Below, piece after piece: positions 1 through 15,234 of a DNA stretch of 64,000 nt. The first letter of the stretch is position 1; every line of letters starts with the position of its first letter. Under the pieces are notes generated by a model that was given only the letters and a program-made list of their open reading frames with translations, was not told where the DNA came from and made no database searches. Both the position numbers and the translations under genes were made by a program. This DNA comes from Chrysomallon squamiferum (Eukaryota; Animalia; Mollusca), in contig CM022678.1 of NCBI GenBank assembly GCA_012295275.1, positions 16,678,001 to 16,742,000 on the forward strand, written 5' to 3'.

Positions 1-95
1 TAGAGCAGATACTGCAACTCCAATAACTTTCTCGCTCACGAATTTACAACTACACTGAGATATCCGATTCATGCGGACTGAAGTCGAATTTAAAA

Positions 96-151
96 ATGTC
101 CTCGGCAATTTCTGTATTCTAGTGGTGTAATTTTTTTTGTTTTATTATCGT
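96..151 (+). pseudogene. Degenerate leader exon of copy A
   Basis: Same upstream module (aataactttctcgctcacgaattt...aaaaATG), but reads MSSAISVF* and lacks the normal donor. Confidence 0.5.
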
Positions 152-1547
152 GTGAGTGTGCGAGCGCTCGTGTTTGTGTCTATGAGTGTACTCGCCTGCT
201 TGTGTTTCTTTCTGATATAGAAACATTTAATGTATAGGCCATATAAAATAAATTATTTGTATTGAGTTAAAAATAACCTGGCACCTTAATTAGAAAAGTG
301 GGAGATGGAAATATAATATCCAGATAATTAGACTGTAAACTTGGTAGTTATTTTTATAAATAAATGACATATAATTCTACATCCCACACAATTTATAACA
401 TAGAAAAATACAATATTGCACATGTAGACTCTGCTCCGAAAAATACGTACATCTGATTATCAAACACAGCTGTCGCCTAATCGGGATGTTTGGTATAAAA
501 ATACTTGGAGCCGTAGAATTTATTTCCCGTTCTTAGTGTTCCTAAATTAAATTACTTAGAAATTTTATTCAGAATCTTACTTTTTATGTAATTAATTACC
601 TTTTTGTTATACTTTTTTGTTTTAGTAAAGTTTCTTCACTATTTCATTAGACTCTTTCCATTAATATGTCATTGGAAAACTGAATATTCGATATATAGTA
701 AAACATAGCGAAATTGAAGCTTTAAGCAACCACAAAGTTACACACATGTAGGAGCCTCTAAACACTCATTTACCTCCAAACATTCTTCCAAGTTATGTGG
801 GTCTATATGTTTAAATATAATTTTTAGCATGCAATAATAAATTTAATTAGTTTAAGCAAAATTTATTTTTGTTAATTACAATCAAGGTCATGTTAAACAT
901 AATAATTTGGGATTCGTTAACTGTCAACTTCATGAAACTAATTTGTATGGTAAGTGAATCAGTTATGGAGATCAAAGGACATTTTTGATCAAAAGCAATA
1001 AGTAGTTTAAAAATATCTGGAGCAGTGACGCCATGACGTACAGGACGCATCCTTTTGCTCTAAACGAGAGGTCGTTAACTTTTGCACTAGAGTCCATCAG
1101 TAGGCGTTTGATCTGACTACTGTGGACGCTTTGCCTTTAGTGGTAGATCGCAGAGGCCCTAAGCTATGTAAAGCCCATTTATTTCTTCTTCTTCTAATGT
1201 ATATGCCTCTCAACTATTTAACAGAAATGTTAAAAAACACAGGAATTGTAAAGGATCATGTCATCAGGTTTCAGGACGATGTCTTCATGGCTGTGTTTCA
1301 GGTTACCATGGTATCTACTGCAACAAATCATGCCCCGCTAACTGTCTGGGAAGTGCATGCCATCAAAACAACAGAACGTGTGTAGACGGATGTGTAACGT
1401 CGTTCTATGGACCGACGTGCTCAAATCGATGCAGTGACAACTGCACTGTATGTGATGCTAATGGGATCTGTATTTTGTCTTCAAATGATAGTCATTACGA
1501 ATGTAAGTATTCAGCACTTTACACGTACAGACACACACAAAGATATA

Positions 1548-1597
<50 letters not shown>

Positions 1598-1789
1598 TAC
1601 ACACACACAAAGATACATTCATATACACACACACACACACACACACACATACATTATACATACATACACGAGAAAAAGTGAATAAATATAAGAAAAAATA
1701 AATAAATGATAAAATTTCTGCTGATGACAGGTTTCTTCTCATTTTGTCTTTGTTATTGATTTGTTAGTTATTGCGTTTATTCTGTTTTC

Positions 1790-2040
1790 TTTTTCTGATT
1801 AGTTAACTATTGTGATAACAATGTTCTGAGTTTTTATCTATTGTGCAACTATACTGGTATTAGTTAATTATTTTGATAACAACTTTCTAATAGCTTAACT
1901 ATTGCGTATTAGCATTCAGGGTAGATAACTCTTGCGATAGCAACTTTATGATTGGTTAACTATTATGATACGTATTTTCTGATTGGTTAACTATTGTGAT
2001 AGCTATTACCTGATTGGTGTGATATCTATTTTCTGAAAGG
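1790..2040. repeat. Diverged ~31-bp tandem repeat in the EGF-TM intron
   Basis: ttttctgattggttaactattgtgata-like units; also at 36040-36180 and 50720-50835. Confidence 0.7.
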
Positions 2041-2241
2041 TTCGCTATATGCGTGGTAGTCTAGTACTATTTTGTTTTTTGTCGTTGTTTTTCTTTTCTC
2101 CAGTGAATTTCTCCGTGAATGTCGTTTGGTTGACATCTGTGTATGGAATGATAGCTTTATCGACTTTGTTGTCGATTTATCTAGCGGTGTGTTTTATCCT
2201 GAGGTATTATTTTATTTACTTATATCTATCTTTTTTTCTAA

Positions 2242-2312
<71 letters not shown>

Positions 2313-2569
2313 GTGCATATTTTCAGAATGGTAATAATAATAGCCACAGGAAGCTGAATATTTTAAATATTCTACACTGTGGCTAATAATAAAAATAATA
2401 ATAATAATAATATAATAATAATAATAATAATAATAACAATAACAACAGCTAAAATGATGATGGTATTTTCAGTGATGATAATTACAATAGTAATAACGAT
2501 GATGATGACATTAATGAAAATAATATTAATGATTTTGTTTACGATAACAACAACAACAACAACAACAAC

Positions 2570-2634
<65 letters not shown>

Positions 2635-3088
2635 TGATGATGATAAAACAAGAAATACTAACAAAAAGGAAAAAATAAAAAATAACAAGAATAAAAATTC
2701 CTTTAGTGCAGTGATGACAGTAATAGCAATAACAGTTGTGATTATAAATTAATCTTTCAATTTCCGTATCTAGAAAAAGGAAGAAAAGATATAAAAAGAA
2801 ACAGCGACGTGCACAACGACGTATGGAAAGTCTAATTCGAGCACGTATTAACCAGACACAACACGTGGAAATGCAACAAGGTTTTGTAATTTAATTAATT
2901 ACGATATAATGATGGTGATAGCAATAATACCAATAACGGCACTAGTAACACTATTAAAACAAGAAATAGAAGAAAAACCAAAAAATACATGCCGCACACA
3001 CACATACACACCAAGACAAAAGAACAACAACCATGTCCACCACCAGAATCACCTCCGTCAAACAACAGTGAGAAGCAACTGCATCACC

Positions 3089-3184
<96 letters not shown>

Positions 3185-3916
3185 GATGATAAAGCTAATA
3201 ATAATAATAACTGTAGTAGTAGTAGTAGCAGTAGTAAATAGTAGTACTATTTTATGGTGATGATGATAATATTAAGTATTTGAAATAATGAGAAGTATTT
3301 CAATATTTTTATGCTAATGTTCTGATGTAAAGGTTAGTAGTTACAAAATTCTTAATATTAACAGTTAATGTTAAACTATGACGAGGTGTCGTGAAAGAAA
3401 TATTCATTGATTCTTTCAATAATTTTGTTAACTTCAGCAACCACGCAGACCAGTTCCGACACGTCATTAGATGCTATTGGAGTCCGTTGCCATAGCAGTC
3501 CTTCTCATCCCTTAGCTGCTGATGGCATAGTGATCACCTATGATGAAAACGATGATGACAATGATAGTCATCATTACGACTACATAGATGATTCAATGAT
3601 ATCAAGTCTTAATAATAGCACAGGAATGTCTTCAAACGTTCCTCAGAACGAGGCTGAAGAATGCGAAATCGAAAACGATACTTCCTATGAAACACCCTTT
3701 TACAAACATCTAACATCTAAAGATGCAAACAACGGGAACGATGTCATGCCGCTTCTAGAGTCCGAGGAAGATGAAAGTGTTGATATTAAACATTTTCACA
3801 CATATGTGTACAACATGAGTCTGATGAAAGGTTTCCATCTTGAATTTCAAGTAATGACTTGCTTTTGTTTCAATTCTTTTTTTTTTTTTTTTAAATATTT
3901 GTTGTTATTGCTGTTG

Positions 3917-3966
<50 letters not shown>

Positions 3967-5182
3967 TTTTTTTTTTATTATTTATTGACTAATTAATTAA
4001 TGATCGTTATCTTTATGATAATTATTTGGCAACATTTTTCCTTAAAACCAATGCATTTTCTGACTAATTAATTGTTATATTTATTTACTTATTGTCGTTT
4101 TAGAATTTATATTATATATAATTTGTCACTGGAGGTACAGGATTAAAATTTTATATAGTCATGCACAATCAAATACACGCAAAACTCATGCGTACATATA
4201 TTACAAATAAAACATTAATTATGGATCCTTTTTCAGTTTTTACAGAAAACAAATGTATATTCTACCAACGTAGCTGACAAGTTAGAAAATGTTTCTAAAA
4301 ACAAATACAGGAATATAAAGCCATGTAAGTATAAAGGTGAACTATTATGTCGTTATTTTCGCTGTCTCGCTTGTTCTTGTCTTTGGTTTGTTTTACTCTT
4401 GTTTTCTTTTTATTGTTGTTGTTGTTGCTGGTGTTTGAAATCCGATAATTTTTTCGACTATCTGAAACACTGATATCATAAATTTCTCTACAAAATTATT
4501 AAAAATATTACATAAAATTATATATGTTATTTTTTGTTTTAGTTTGAAATAGTTTTATTAAAGTTTACTAAAATTATATCCTAAGCATTTACACCTTTAA
4601 TAAGAGTATTATTGTTTCTTTTTGTTTTAATTTATTTGAGAAGATGATTATAACAGAGTGACGCTTGAGTTTATTCCTGGAATCCCAGCTTCAGATTATA
4701 TCAACGCCAGTTTTATTGATGTAAGCTTATTTATATATATATTTATTTATTTATTTATTTTTATTTTTATTTTATTTATTTACTTTCCTTTTAATTTCTT
4801 CAATTTAATTTTAATTTTAATTTTGTATTCATTACATATATTAATTTTCATATATTTGTTAACAAATACAAAAGTAGTACTACATATACAGTTTATCACA
4901 CACACAGCAACAAATAGACATACATAAACACACACAGGCACACATACACACACGCACGCACTTCCAATTATGATTGTTTATTTACTTACATATTTATATA
5001 CATTTGAAATTCATTAATTATATTAATTTCAATTCAGGGCTATCACAAATCAAAGTGGTACATTGCAGCACAAGGTCCTACAGAAAAGACAGCAGCTGAT
5101 TTCTGGAGAATGGTTTGGGAGGTCAACTCTACTCATATCATAATGCTCACAGATTTAATTGAAAGCAACAAGGTTAGCCTTA

Positions 5183-5349
<167 letters not shown>

Positions 5350-7849
5350 TTGATATGAGTGTATTATTTATGTACGTTTGTAATTTCTTTGTTTATGTTT
5401 AGATCTCTCTTTCTCTTTCTCTTTCTCTGTGTAGATAGGTAGATAGTTTGACAGACAGATAAGATTTTAAACGTAAATACATTAAAAGTATGTATTATTT
5501 ATATCTTTGTAAATGTCTTTAAGAAACAGAGGAAAATTATTTTGTTTAGTAAAATCTCTTACAGTCAAAATGTTCCCTTTACTGGCCCGACTCGGAAACT
5601 AAGATTAAGGAATATGAAGATTTGATGATCAAACTGAAGCAAATTGAAATTCACCCGACATACACTTCCAGGATCTTTAATCTTTCCAAGGTTTGATCAT
5701 ATTTAATTTTTTATCATCGGCAAGTTTGCCAGGTTCTAAAGTTTATTTGTGGTACTGTAAATACATACTTCTATGCATATGTACGTAGATACATAAATAA
5801 CATGACCTATGCATCTGTATACATTTGCTTGTTTCTTTGTTTACTTATTAATTAATTAATTAAATTAATTATCTTTCTTATCCATTGGTTTACTTTTATT
5901 TAGTTATTTACTTATTTCATTAATAATTAATTATTTGTTTCCTTCTTTTCTTATTCATTCGTTTACTTTTATTTAGTTATTTACTTATTTCACTAATAAT
6001 TAATAATTTGTTTTCTTCCTTCGTTCTTCCTTCCTTTGTTTATTTGTTTTATTTTATTATTTTCTATACTAAGACAAGTAATCCGGAATTGACAAGAACT
6101 GTGACACAACTACACTACGTGGACTGGATGGACAAAGAAGTGCCATACGATGCACGTGCATGGATTGATTTTATCCTGTATGTGAGGGGGCTCAGAGATA
6201 GGGGGATGATCATCCGTTAATAGTTCACTGCAGGTATAGTAGTTTACTGTTTTAATTAATTTTGTTTTCTTTAGAACAGATGTAATTAAATAAATAAATA
6301 ATTAGATAAACAACAAAAACAAACGAAGAAGAAAAGAAAGAAAGCAATAGTTAAGTAAATAAAGTTGTTATATTTGTATTTTTTACTTATTATTATTATT
6401 TTATTTTAATGGGGTTTTTTAAATTTGAAAATACTAAATAATAATCGGTATTTTTAGTTTTTCTTTTGAATCAGCCATATCTATGTTAATTTGCTAATTA
6501 ACACGAAAATGGAAATGATCTAGAGTTTTATTTTCCTCTTACTCTTGTCCTTTATACGCAATTGAAATAAAGATCTGTCGTAAAATTAATAAAATTGTTT
6601 TCATTCCAGTGATGGTTTTGGAAGGACAGGTACTTTCATAGCTATAGATTATCTTCTTGACCAGGCACTGACCGAAGGAAAACTTAACGTACTTGGTTGT
6701 GTGTCACGTTTAAGAAAACAACGAACTCAAATGGTGCAAACTCTTGTGAGTATTTTGGATTATCTGCTCTTGTGAAACTTTTTTTCTTAACCCTGACATA
6801 CTAATGCGAATAGTAAAATATATTGTCGATATAACTATAACTAACCTCATTAATGATATACAATCACCATTATGTTTTTATTATTATTATCATCATAATC
6901 ATCATCATAGTCATCATTATGCGTTTTATGTCGGTTTGTTTTTACAGTTTGTTTATTTATTTAAACAATCTATTATTTTTTATGTTTCATTACAGATGCA
7001 GTACAGTTTTATTCATGAACTTCTATTAGAATGGTTGTTATCACTGAACACCATTTAAGACAGTTATGTAAGAGAAACTGACTGCAAACAGGAAAGAGAA
7101 AATTAAAAATAAATAATTAAACAATGAATTTGCAGTCACTCTTTTAATTCTCTTTATGAACCTATATATTTGCTTAATTCAGATGTGTAGAATTAAAAAG
7201 GAGAAAGTATTTTTACTGGAAAGAAACAAAAAGTAATAGATAGAATGACTTTAATTGGAATACAGAATGAAAAGAAACAAGTTATTATTGAAATTTTGAA
7301 TTCGGGGATATTTGAAACGTTTCTAACGAGAACGGAAAGTGCGAAGCCATTGTTAACTGAACGAAATTTGACTCCACAAGGACGAAGATATTTCTATAAT
7401 TAAGATGGCTGCTTCTTGTAAAGAATAAAGCGACTAATCCAAATTAAAATCTAATCTAGGGCGGTCATTGCCATATTTTTGTTATATATATATTTTTGTG
7501 ATGACATATTTTTAGCCTAAATAAAAATTGTTTTAATAATCAGTTGAAATATATGAAGTTGTATAAAAGGTACAACATATACTCAGAACTAAGGGAAATT
7601 TGTGTCCACAATAAAGATGGCTGCTCCTGTAATGGATAAAGTGACGAATGTGATCAAACTGAAAACTAATCTTCATGTTACTCTCAGCTGTAGTGGAATC
7701 ATGGGTAATATCTAGGACGGTCATTGCCATATTTGAAAAGAAGGATTTTTGAAAAACATTTTATGACATTTATATTGTCTAAATATAATATGCTTAATGA
7801 TGATTGAAATGTAAAAAAAATGTGTTCTTTTTGTACCAAATGTGTATAT

Positions 7850-7934
<85 letters not shown>

Positions 7935-8202
7935 GTAGCTACAAAGCAATTAAATTTTGTAAAGACCATAACTAAATGAATGTTTACATTCAGGCCATTT
8001 CCAAAATTAGAAAGTAAAATATTTAAATTTTCTTTTTATACCAAATGCTATTTGCATGTGTATGTCTGTATAAGTGTGTTTTGATGTTTTGATTTACATA
8101 TCTATTTGATACAGGATCTGCTTTGAAAAGTATATTTTTGGTGATGGGAAACCTTAAAGTGTCAATTAATAATCTGATAAAACATTCAGATAACCTTTTC
8201 TT

Positions 8203-8571
8203 TTGAGTTGTGTGGTAGGTATCCTAAACACAATAATAATAATAATAATTTGAGTTGTGTGGTAGGTATCCTAAACACAGTAATAATAATAATAATTTGA
8301 GTTGTGTGGTAGGTATCCTAAACACAGTAATAATAATAATAATTTGAGTTGTGTGGTAGGTATCCTAAACACAGTAATAATAATAATAATTTGAGTTGTG
8401 TGGTAGGTATTCTAAACACAGTAATAATAATAATAATTTGAGTTGTGTGGTAGGTATCCTAAACACAGTAATAATAATAATAATTTGAGTTGTGTGGTAG
8501 GTATCCTAAACACAGTAATAATAATAATAATTTGAGTTGTGTGGTAGGTATCCTAAACACAGTAATAATAA
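8203..8571. repeat. 47-bp minisatellite, 8 copies
   Basis: Unit ttgagttgtgtggtaggtatcctaaacacagtaataataataataat, starts at 8203, 8250 ... 8532. Confidence 0.95.
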
Positions 8572-9105
8572 CATTAACAAGAGCTGCTATAATAAACATT
8601 TTAAAATGAATTTAAGTTTTCTTATAATTTTCTTCTTTTTTCATAGACATGAGTCTGTCATATAGAGTTGTTTGCAAAAATGGGTTTAACTCTCTCTTCC
8701 TATCTCTTTATCTCACTCTGTCTTTCCCTCTCTCTCTCTCTCTCTTTCTCTGTGTGTATGTTTTATGTATTTACATTTGTGTGTTTTCATATGTGTGTAG
8801 GTGTTTATGTGTATACAAGGTTCACACGTCTGTGTGTGTTTGTATGTGGTTGTGTGTGTTTGCGCTGCACATGCATAATTTTAAACATTGCAACAGCAAA
8901 GAAAAGTCCAGTCAAATTATGTCCTTACGAAGCAGATAACACAACAACAAAACTTAATATAGTAGAATCACATGAAACCCGAACATTGTAGTTACTAAAA
9001 AAAAACTTAATATATTGAGACAGAGATACATGTTTTACTATACTTTAATTTCTAAATTCACTTTCAAAAACATTTCATTTAAAATAAAGAAAAAAATTAT
9101 ACATT

Positions 9106-9163
<58 letters not shown>

Positions 9164-10233
9164 TAAATAAAAATTAAATTAATAAGATATTCATTTTCTA
9201 CATTTTAGTAATCGTAAATATTTTATTCATACAGTACCTACTAATTCATGGCTTTACTATATCCCCGAGAAACAAGGGACGTTACTCTAATACGAGTTTA
9301 GCAGACTGGATGGTTTCCCAGCCTCAGCATCTGAGAGAAAAATCTGGATTTTTAGTGTGAAAATATTGAGTTGTATTTTTTAATTATTAAAATAAATTAA
9401 ATTTAAGAATAATATATTTGTCTTAGGTGATAATGAGGTTATATGAGTCTCATAATCATAGTGTGTTCCAACCACCCAACAATGCCGGATACATAGCGAT
9501 AGGTAGGCGAACCTCTTCGACTTGATTAGTCAGTAGCCTTTTTCACTTTTATGTACTTCAACAGCTAGTTTAAACACTCAAATCTGTGTTCACTGTTTCA
9601 GCTATTAGAGCAAATGTTAATACCTGTAACATTTAGAACGGAAGGTTTTACTTCCAAATTACAGTTGCAAGGTGGTTGCAGTTAATTATCTATAATTCAT
9701 TAATTTGCGTTATCAAATACATTATATCATTTATATTGTATACTCTTTATAACTAATTGTCTTCTGCATAGTTATCACTGTTGTTAAGTCCTTATACTCA
9801 TCATTTTGTTGTGTCATTAGGAAATAGAGAAATATAAATTATTAAACGAGATAAAGGGGAAATTAAAGTTGTCATTTGACCAGTCAGACATAAGAAATCG
9901 TCCCAAATGTACACACAGTACAGTCATGATCCAAAGAATCACAAGTAATAACATGGCTGTAACTAGACTCTTTTTGAAACGAGGATAAAACACTTAATCC
10001 CCGCATGAAGCTGGTCAATAAGATTTGGGGATGGGGCCTGTGGACCGCCTGACTCCCCCAGAAGCTACAACTTGAAAGATGCACAATCCTCGACTGTAGC
10101 TATTTCCTGGGATCTTTTTCCTAGTTTTCTAATTATAACGTGTGTGTGTGTGTGTGTATATATACATAGGCTTATATATGTATGAATGTATGAAACAGTG
10201 TATGTACTTTCCTACGCACGTATAAATTAAATA

Positions 10234-10691
10234 CAGCTGTACCTCAACTTACGAGGGCCCCAATCTACGAGCTGCTGCTTGGTCGATGTTTTGCTTTGAG
10301 TTGCAAGTTACCTGGCCGTGGAAGCATCTGTTGCGCTGTGTTCTCGTTGTGTGCAGTATTTTGCTAAATTTCTTTTTCCTGACCATGGATCGTAAGAAAG
10401 AGAGTGCAAAGGACAGTGCTGGGAAGAAGAAGCGGATGATGTCTTCAGACATACATACATACAAAGGCGTCAAAATAATTTTACTGATCTCCAAAGTACA
10501 TACACTTTACGAAACCAATTTATTTGTTTATATTCTCCTTTATTATGTTTTCATACAATATTTGTAACTGGGGTTTGGGACTAATAGTATTTCAGTTAAC
10601 TTCATGTGGGAAAATTCATTTCATATACGTCCAAACTGATTTACGAGCTCGGTCAGGGAACTAATTACACTCGTAACTCAACGTACAACTG
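10234..10691 (+). mobile_element. Internally deleted Tigger/pogo-family DNA transposon
   Basis: Imperfect TIRs cagctgtacctcaacttacgag / ctcgtaactcaacgtacaactg, flanked by TA on both sides. Internal MDRKKESAKDSAGKKKRMMS resembles a Tigger transposase N-terminus. Confidence 0.7.
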
Positions 10692-10709
10692 TATTTCCAG
10701 TCTGTAGAA

Positions 10710-13252
10710 CTGTATTTCCCAACCTTTTTTGGTACTAGCCGCCCCTTGCACTCTGGAGTTTTTCATATCGCCCTCACTTCCAAAATTCATTCATAAGTTA
10801 CAAGACACAATGTTTTAAAACAAATGAAGTCCGGAGTAATGTTTGATAAACTTACATTTAGTCTTCTAAAAGTCTACAGCACGAATTTAGAAGGACAAAT
10901 ATAAAAAAAATATTCGTGTATATATTGTATTTAATGCAAAAAGAAAACATTCCAGGCTTGAATTCGAACTCGTTTATTAGAGGAATCAACTTTTCTTGTA
11001 TTTCAAGATCGGGTTCATTTACACAAACGTCTGTAAATGGATTCAAAAACCAGTCTGGTATTTCCATATTTGTATGATCCTGGTATCTACAGCTCATGTC
11101 CTTGTGCAATGTTTCCAAATGATCACAATAAATCAAGAGGTCGTCTTCCAGTTTGGAGTTATCAGACTCATCATTCTCTAGTTCATTAAGTTTGGATAAC
11201 CACCTCTCTTCAGTATGTAATAGAAGGCGATCAAATTCTTCATCGTTGTTGTTACAGAGTTGTCGAAACATTCGGGAACTGAGGGATTGACACTTTATTT
11301 TATTTACTGCCTTAATAACAACATCAAGAGATGTATCAAGCTGATCACTTAAGTTCCTGGCAACCAGATGTTACAGATGAACTACGCAATGTATTGTAAA
11401 AACACTGGGTACAGCTTTCTTTAAAAATGCAAGAAAACCTTTGTAATGACCTGTTAATGCAGGAGCGCCGTCTGTCGCACAAGCAATAATATTGCTCTTT
11501 GGGATATCTTTTTTCTTTGAAGAACAGATCAACTACAGTAAAAATAGATTCACCTCGAGTGTCTGTTTCAAGTTCCTTTGCAAACAGCAGTTCTTGCACA
11601 ACATTCTTTTCTTTAATAAAACGAGCATATCCCAAAAGTAGAGCTTCATTGCCTGGTAGTGCAGATTCATCCAGTTGTAAACCAAATTGTTGAGTTTTAA
11701 CATTTCTTCAATATGCGCTGCCATTTCGTCAACTCTTCTTTGTACAGATTTATTACTAAGTCGAATTGCTTTGATAATTGCACTTGGTCAATCGTGGTGT
11801 ACTACTGTACGTAAGACTTCCTCCACATCTAGCAAAATCAGTTGCTCTACAATTGTATGAGGTTTCATGAGCTAGCAATCATTTTGGAGATATTGTATGA
11901 ACAAATAAGACCATCGTCACTTTTTCGTGATTGTTTTGCCGCAAGGGAAACGGTGGTGCTTCTGTTGCGAAATTTGTCTCGTAACGTCTGAAAGTATGAC
12001 AAATTCTCTTTCTCTTTGTCAGGAGGCATCTTTTTAAAGTGCTCGGAAAGCCTGGATGGTTTCATCGCCTTGTTGGAGATCACTTTCTCACAAAGAAGGC
12101 ACATCGGTTGTTGCTTATTATTTGGTGAACTAATAAATCCATAGTTCAGATATTCAACTCTATTTTGTTTGCACTTTCGTTTTGATGAGCTATCAGTCAT
12201 GATTATGGGTTGTTAAATACATTCAATGAAAATAAGTAAAATAGAGGCAAACAAAGAATATCACCATAGCAATTTAAGTAAGCATGTCTGATTTGAACTA
12301 AACGTTTTATTAACATTTTTTTTTTATATAAACAATGTATTTTTGATTATTAGAAACAGAAAAATTATAATAAGGATAAGTTAATTAAATGATTGTAAGC
12401 AACCTTTGCAGTTGTTGTTTTCCAAATAACTCGACAGTTTCACAATAACTGTAACCGACTGCTTACTTGCAAGCAATAACCTTCGAACTAGAATTTACTC
12501 TAGAAACACACCAAATTCATTAAAACGCTAAATTCATTAAAACGTACCAAATATATTTTTAACTTATGGAAGACTAAAACAAAGTTAAAATAATTAAGTT
12601 GCATTTTAGTTTTCACTTTGGAGCTCATTTATGAGATTTCAATTTGAAGAATTAACTGTACCAGCACTGACACCCACTCTGTAGTCACAGACCAGTAAGA
12701 TCACACGTACCAACTTCTGCTAAAAACATATATTATCACATAAATCAATCATTCAGTGACCTAATATACACAATTGTTCGTTTTATCACTTTTATGTTCG
12801 AAACTTTCATTCGAATCCCATCCTAATCGCCAATTTTGCATATAAATATGAGCAAGGTAATAAAAAACACTTGTCACTATCACGGCCGCGTAAGAACTGA
12901 CCATGGACAACTCCCTTGGAACTGACTGAGCTGCAGTCAACAAGTTCACGCGTTCATACAGCGAGATTGTTGTGTTCACGCAACAACATTAGCTATCAAA
13001 AGGGACAATATACAAGCTTAAATTTTACTTTTTATAGTACTGCTTGTTACTATTCTTGTGTGACCAATTTATATTATCGTAGCTCATAGTGTATTTTACA
13101 TAGTAATATTTAAATTTGTGATGCGAAGTATTTTAGATAACGCCCCCTTATGTGCGTTCGGCGCCCCCCAAATGAAGAAAAGATTCACAACGCCCCCTTG
13201 TAACTCTCCAACGTTGACAAGGGGGCGTTATCGCCCACGTTGGGAATCCCTG
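10710..13252 (-). mobile_element. hAT (Buster/Charlie, ZBED5/SCAND3-like) DNA transposon with fragmented transposase
   Basis: ORF pieces 11865-12200 (EYLNYGFI..PMCLLCEKV..MKPSRLSEH, BED finger), 11345-11724 (LQLDES, ELLFAKELET) and 10858-11271 (LLLHTEERWLS). TIR-like ends ctgtatttcccaac / gttgggaatccctg. Absent from paralogous sites at 29408 and 45237. Confidence 0.88.
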
Positions 13253-13583
13253 TTCAAGGACATCCATTCTAAATATAGACTAGCGTCAGTGTTAAATACG
13301 GGTAACATGTCTATTTTTAGAACCTGGCTATTCCCGTGGCCTACCAGGACAACAGAAACTGAAGATAGGGTAAGAACAACACGACATTCTAGAATTTTAG
13401 TGGGAAAATATCAGTATGTTTGTTTGTTTTATCTTCTCGTTTCTTCGTCTAAAGTATTTAACATGTTAAGATAGTGTGTTACGCATAGAAGAACAGATAC
13501 TAGAAAATCGAATAACTTTCTCGCTCACGAATTTATAACAACATTGAGATAAACGATTCGTAATGACGGAGGTTGAATTAAAA

Positions 13584-13626
13584 ATGTCCACGGTGATAAT
13601 TCTACTGTTAGTTTTATCGCAGACAG
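13584..13626 (+). other. Orphan or alternative signal-peptide exon (MSTVIILLLVLSQT), intact
   Basis: ATG to AG|GTAAGT; near-identical to the copy C leader. Confidence 0.7.
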
Positions 13627-14313
13627 GTAAGTGTGTTTGAATTTGTTAAAAGTGAACTTCAGTCTGCGCACGTGTATTGTGTTTGTATGTGAGGTGTCTG
13701 ACTGTGTGTGAGCGTACGTGCATGCCATTGTGTTTGTGTGTACGCTTGTGCTTGTGTGCATGTGAGCGCGCGTGCTTGTATGTATGTGTGTGTGCGCGTG
13801 GTTGTGTGTGTGTGTGTACGCACTGCTTGTGTTTGTTTCTGAATTATTTAAGAAACGTTTAATGCTTAGGCCACATAAAATAACTTAACTGATTTGTGTT
13901 GTGTTGAAAATAACGAGATACTCTAATGAGAAAACTTGGACAAGAAAACGTTGGATTGAGATAATTAATTCGTAAACTTGGTAGTTAAGTATAAATCTAC
14001 ATTCAAAACAGTTTATAATACATGCATATACATTTTACATTTTGTTATTAAAAAATATAATATATACCAATAACTGTATCTATATATTTATGTATATATA
14101 TGTATATCTGATTATGAAAACACAATTATCGGTCATCAGGATTTTTAAACATACATATAGCCGTAGAATTTATTTCCCGTGATTTGAGATCCGAAATTAA
14201 ATAATTTAAATATATAGAGTTTTTCTACTTGTTTTTTCCTGTTATTTTTATATAATTTCCTATTTTGTATCGTCATTATATATTTTTTATTTTTTTATTT
14301 CTTTATAATAATA

Positions 14314-14378
<65 letters not shown>

Positions 14379-14566
14379 ATGTCTGAGATATTCTAATGTG
14401 CCTGTATAAGTCGTCCGTCATACTGATTTGAAATATTTTTACCGATTTTTCAACGCTGGATTTATTTTCTGTTTGATGTGCGATCTGAATAAAAACTGCA
14501 CTAATATAAAATGTTCAGTCGTGTCTTTCTGCTTACAACAACAACAACAACAACAAGAACAAGAAC

Positions 14567-14598
<32 letters not shown>

Positions 14599-14707
14599 TG
14601 AATAAAATACTTAAAAAAAGGAAAATATTAAATAATGTGTACCTTGTTACGAGTGTTCCACCCTTCCTGTGTTCATGTAAGCCTGTGAATATATATATAT
14701 ATATATA

Positions 14708-14755
<48 letters not shown>

Positions 14756-15234
14756 CATACATACATACATATATTTCTGTCCGTTTGTATGTATGTAAGT
14801 ATGTATGTATGTAAACATTTATGAATATATATATATTTATATGAATGTATTTATATACGTACGTATGAATCACAAAATGTACATTCGTATGTGCATACAA
14901 AAGAAATATTGCCAGCGTAGTATGATCTCTATTCTATATGCAGACATGCGTCATTGTAAAATTTGAGAAAATGTTTATTTTTAAATCCGACAATCTCCAC
15001 CACCTACAAGGAAACCCAAACTGCTTTGCGACCATAACCGACAGAACATCCTGGTATTACTGGGAAAATATAAGTATTTTTTGTTTCTTTCTTCTTCGGC
15101 TGAAGCATTTAACATGTCAAGATACTGTGTTACTGATAGAAGAACAGATACCGGAAACTCGAATAACTTTCTCGCTCACGAATTTACAAGAATATTGACA
15201 TATCCGATTCTCGCGGACGAAAGTTGAATTGAAA

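Noticed and set aside
1407-3241. Many ORF-track entries with poly-Y/I/L/N, HT, SL, RE or CV runs, here and throughout the window
   Set aside because: These are translations of (AT)n, (CA)n, (CT)n and (AAT)n microsatellites in introns.
7100-7800. Second (D2) PTP domain or further coding exon after the stop
   Set aside because: No PTP motifs found. Only a ~230-bp non-coding tandem duplication shared by A, C and D.
8203-8571. CRISPR-like regular repeats (also 42297-43043)
   Set aside because: The spacers are identical AAT runs rather than unique sequences, there are no cas genes, and the context is eukaryotic. This is a minisatellite.
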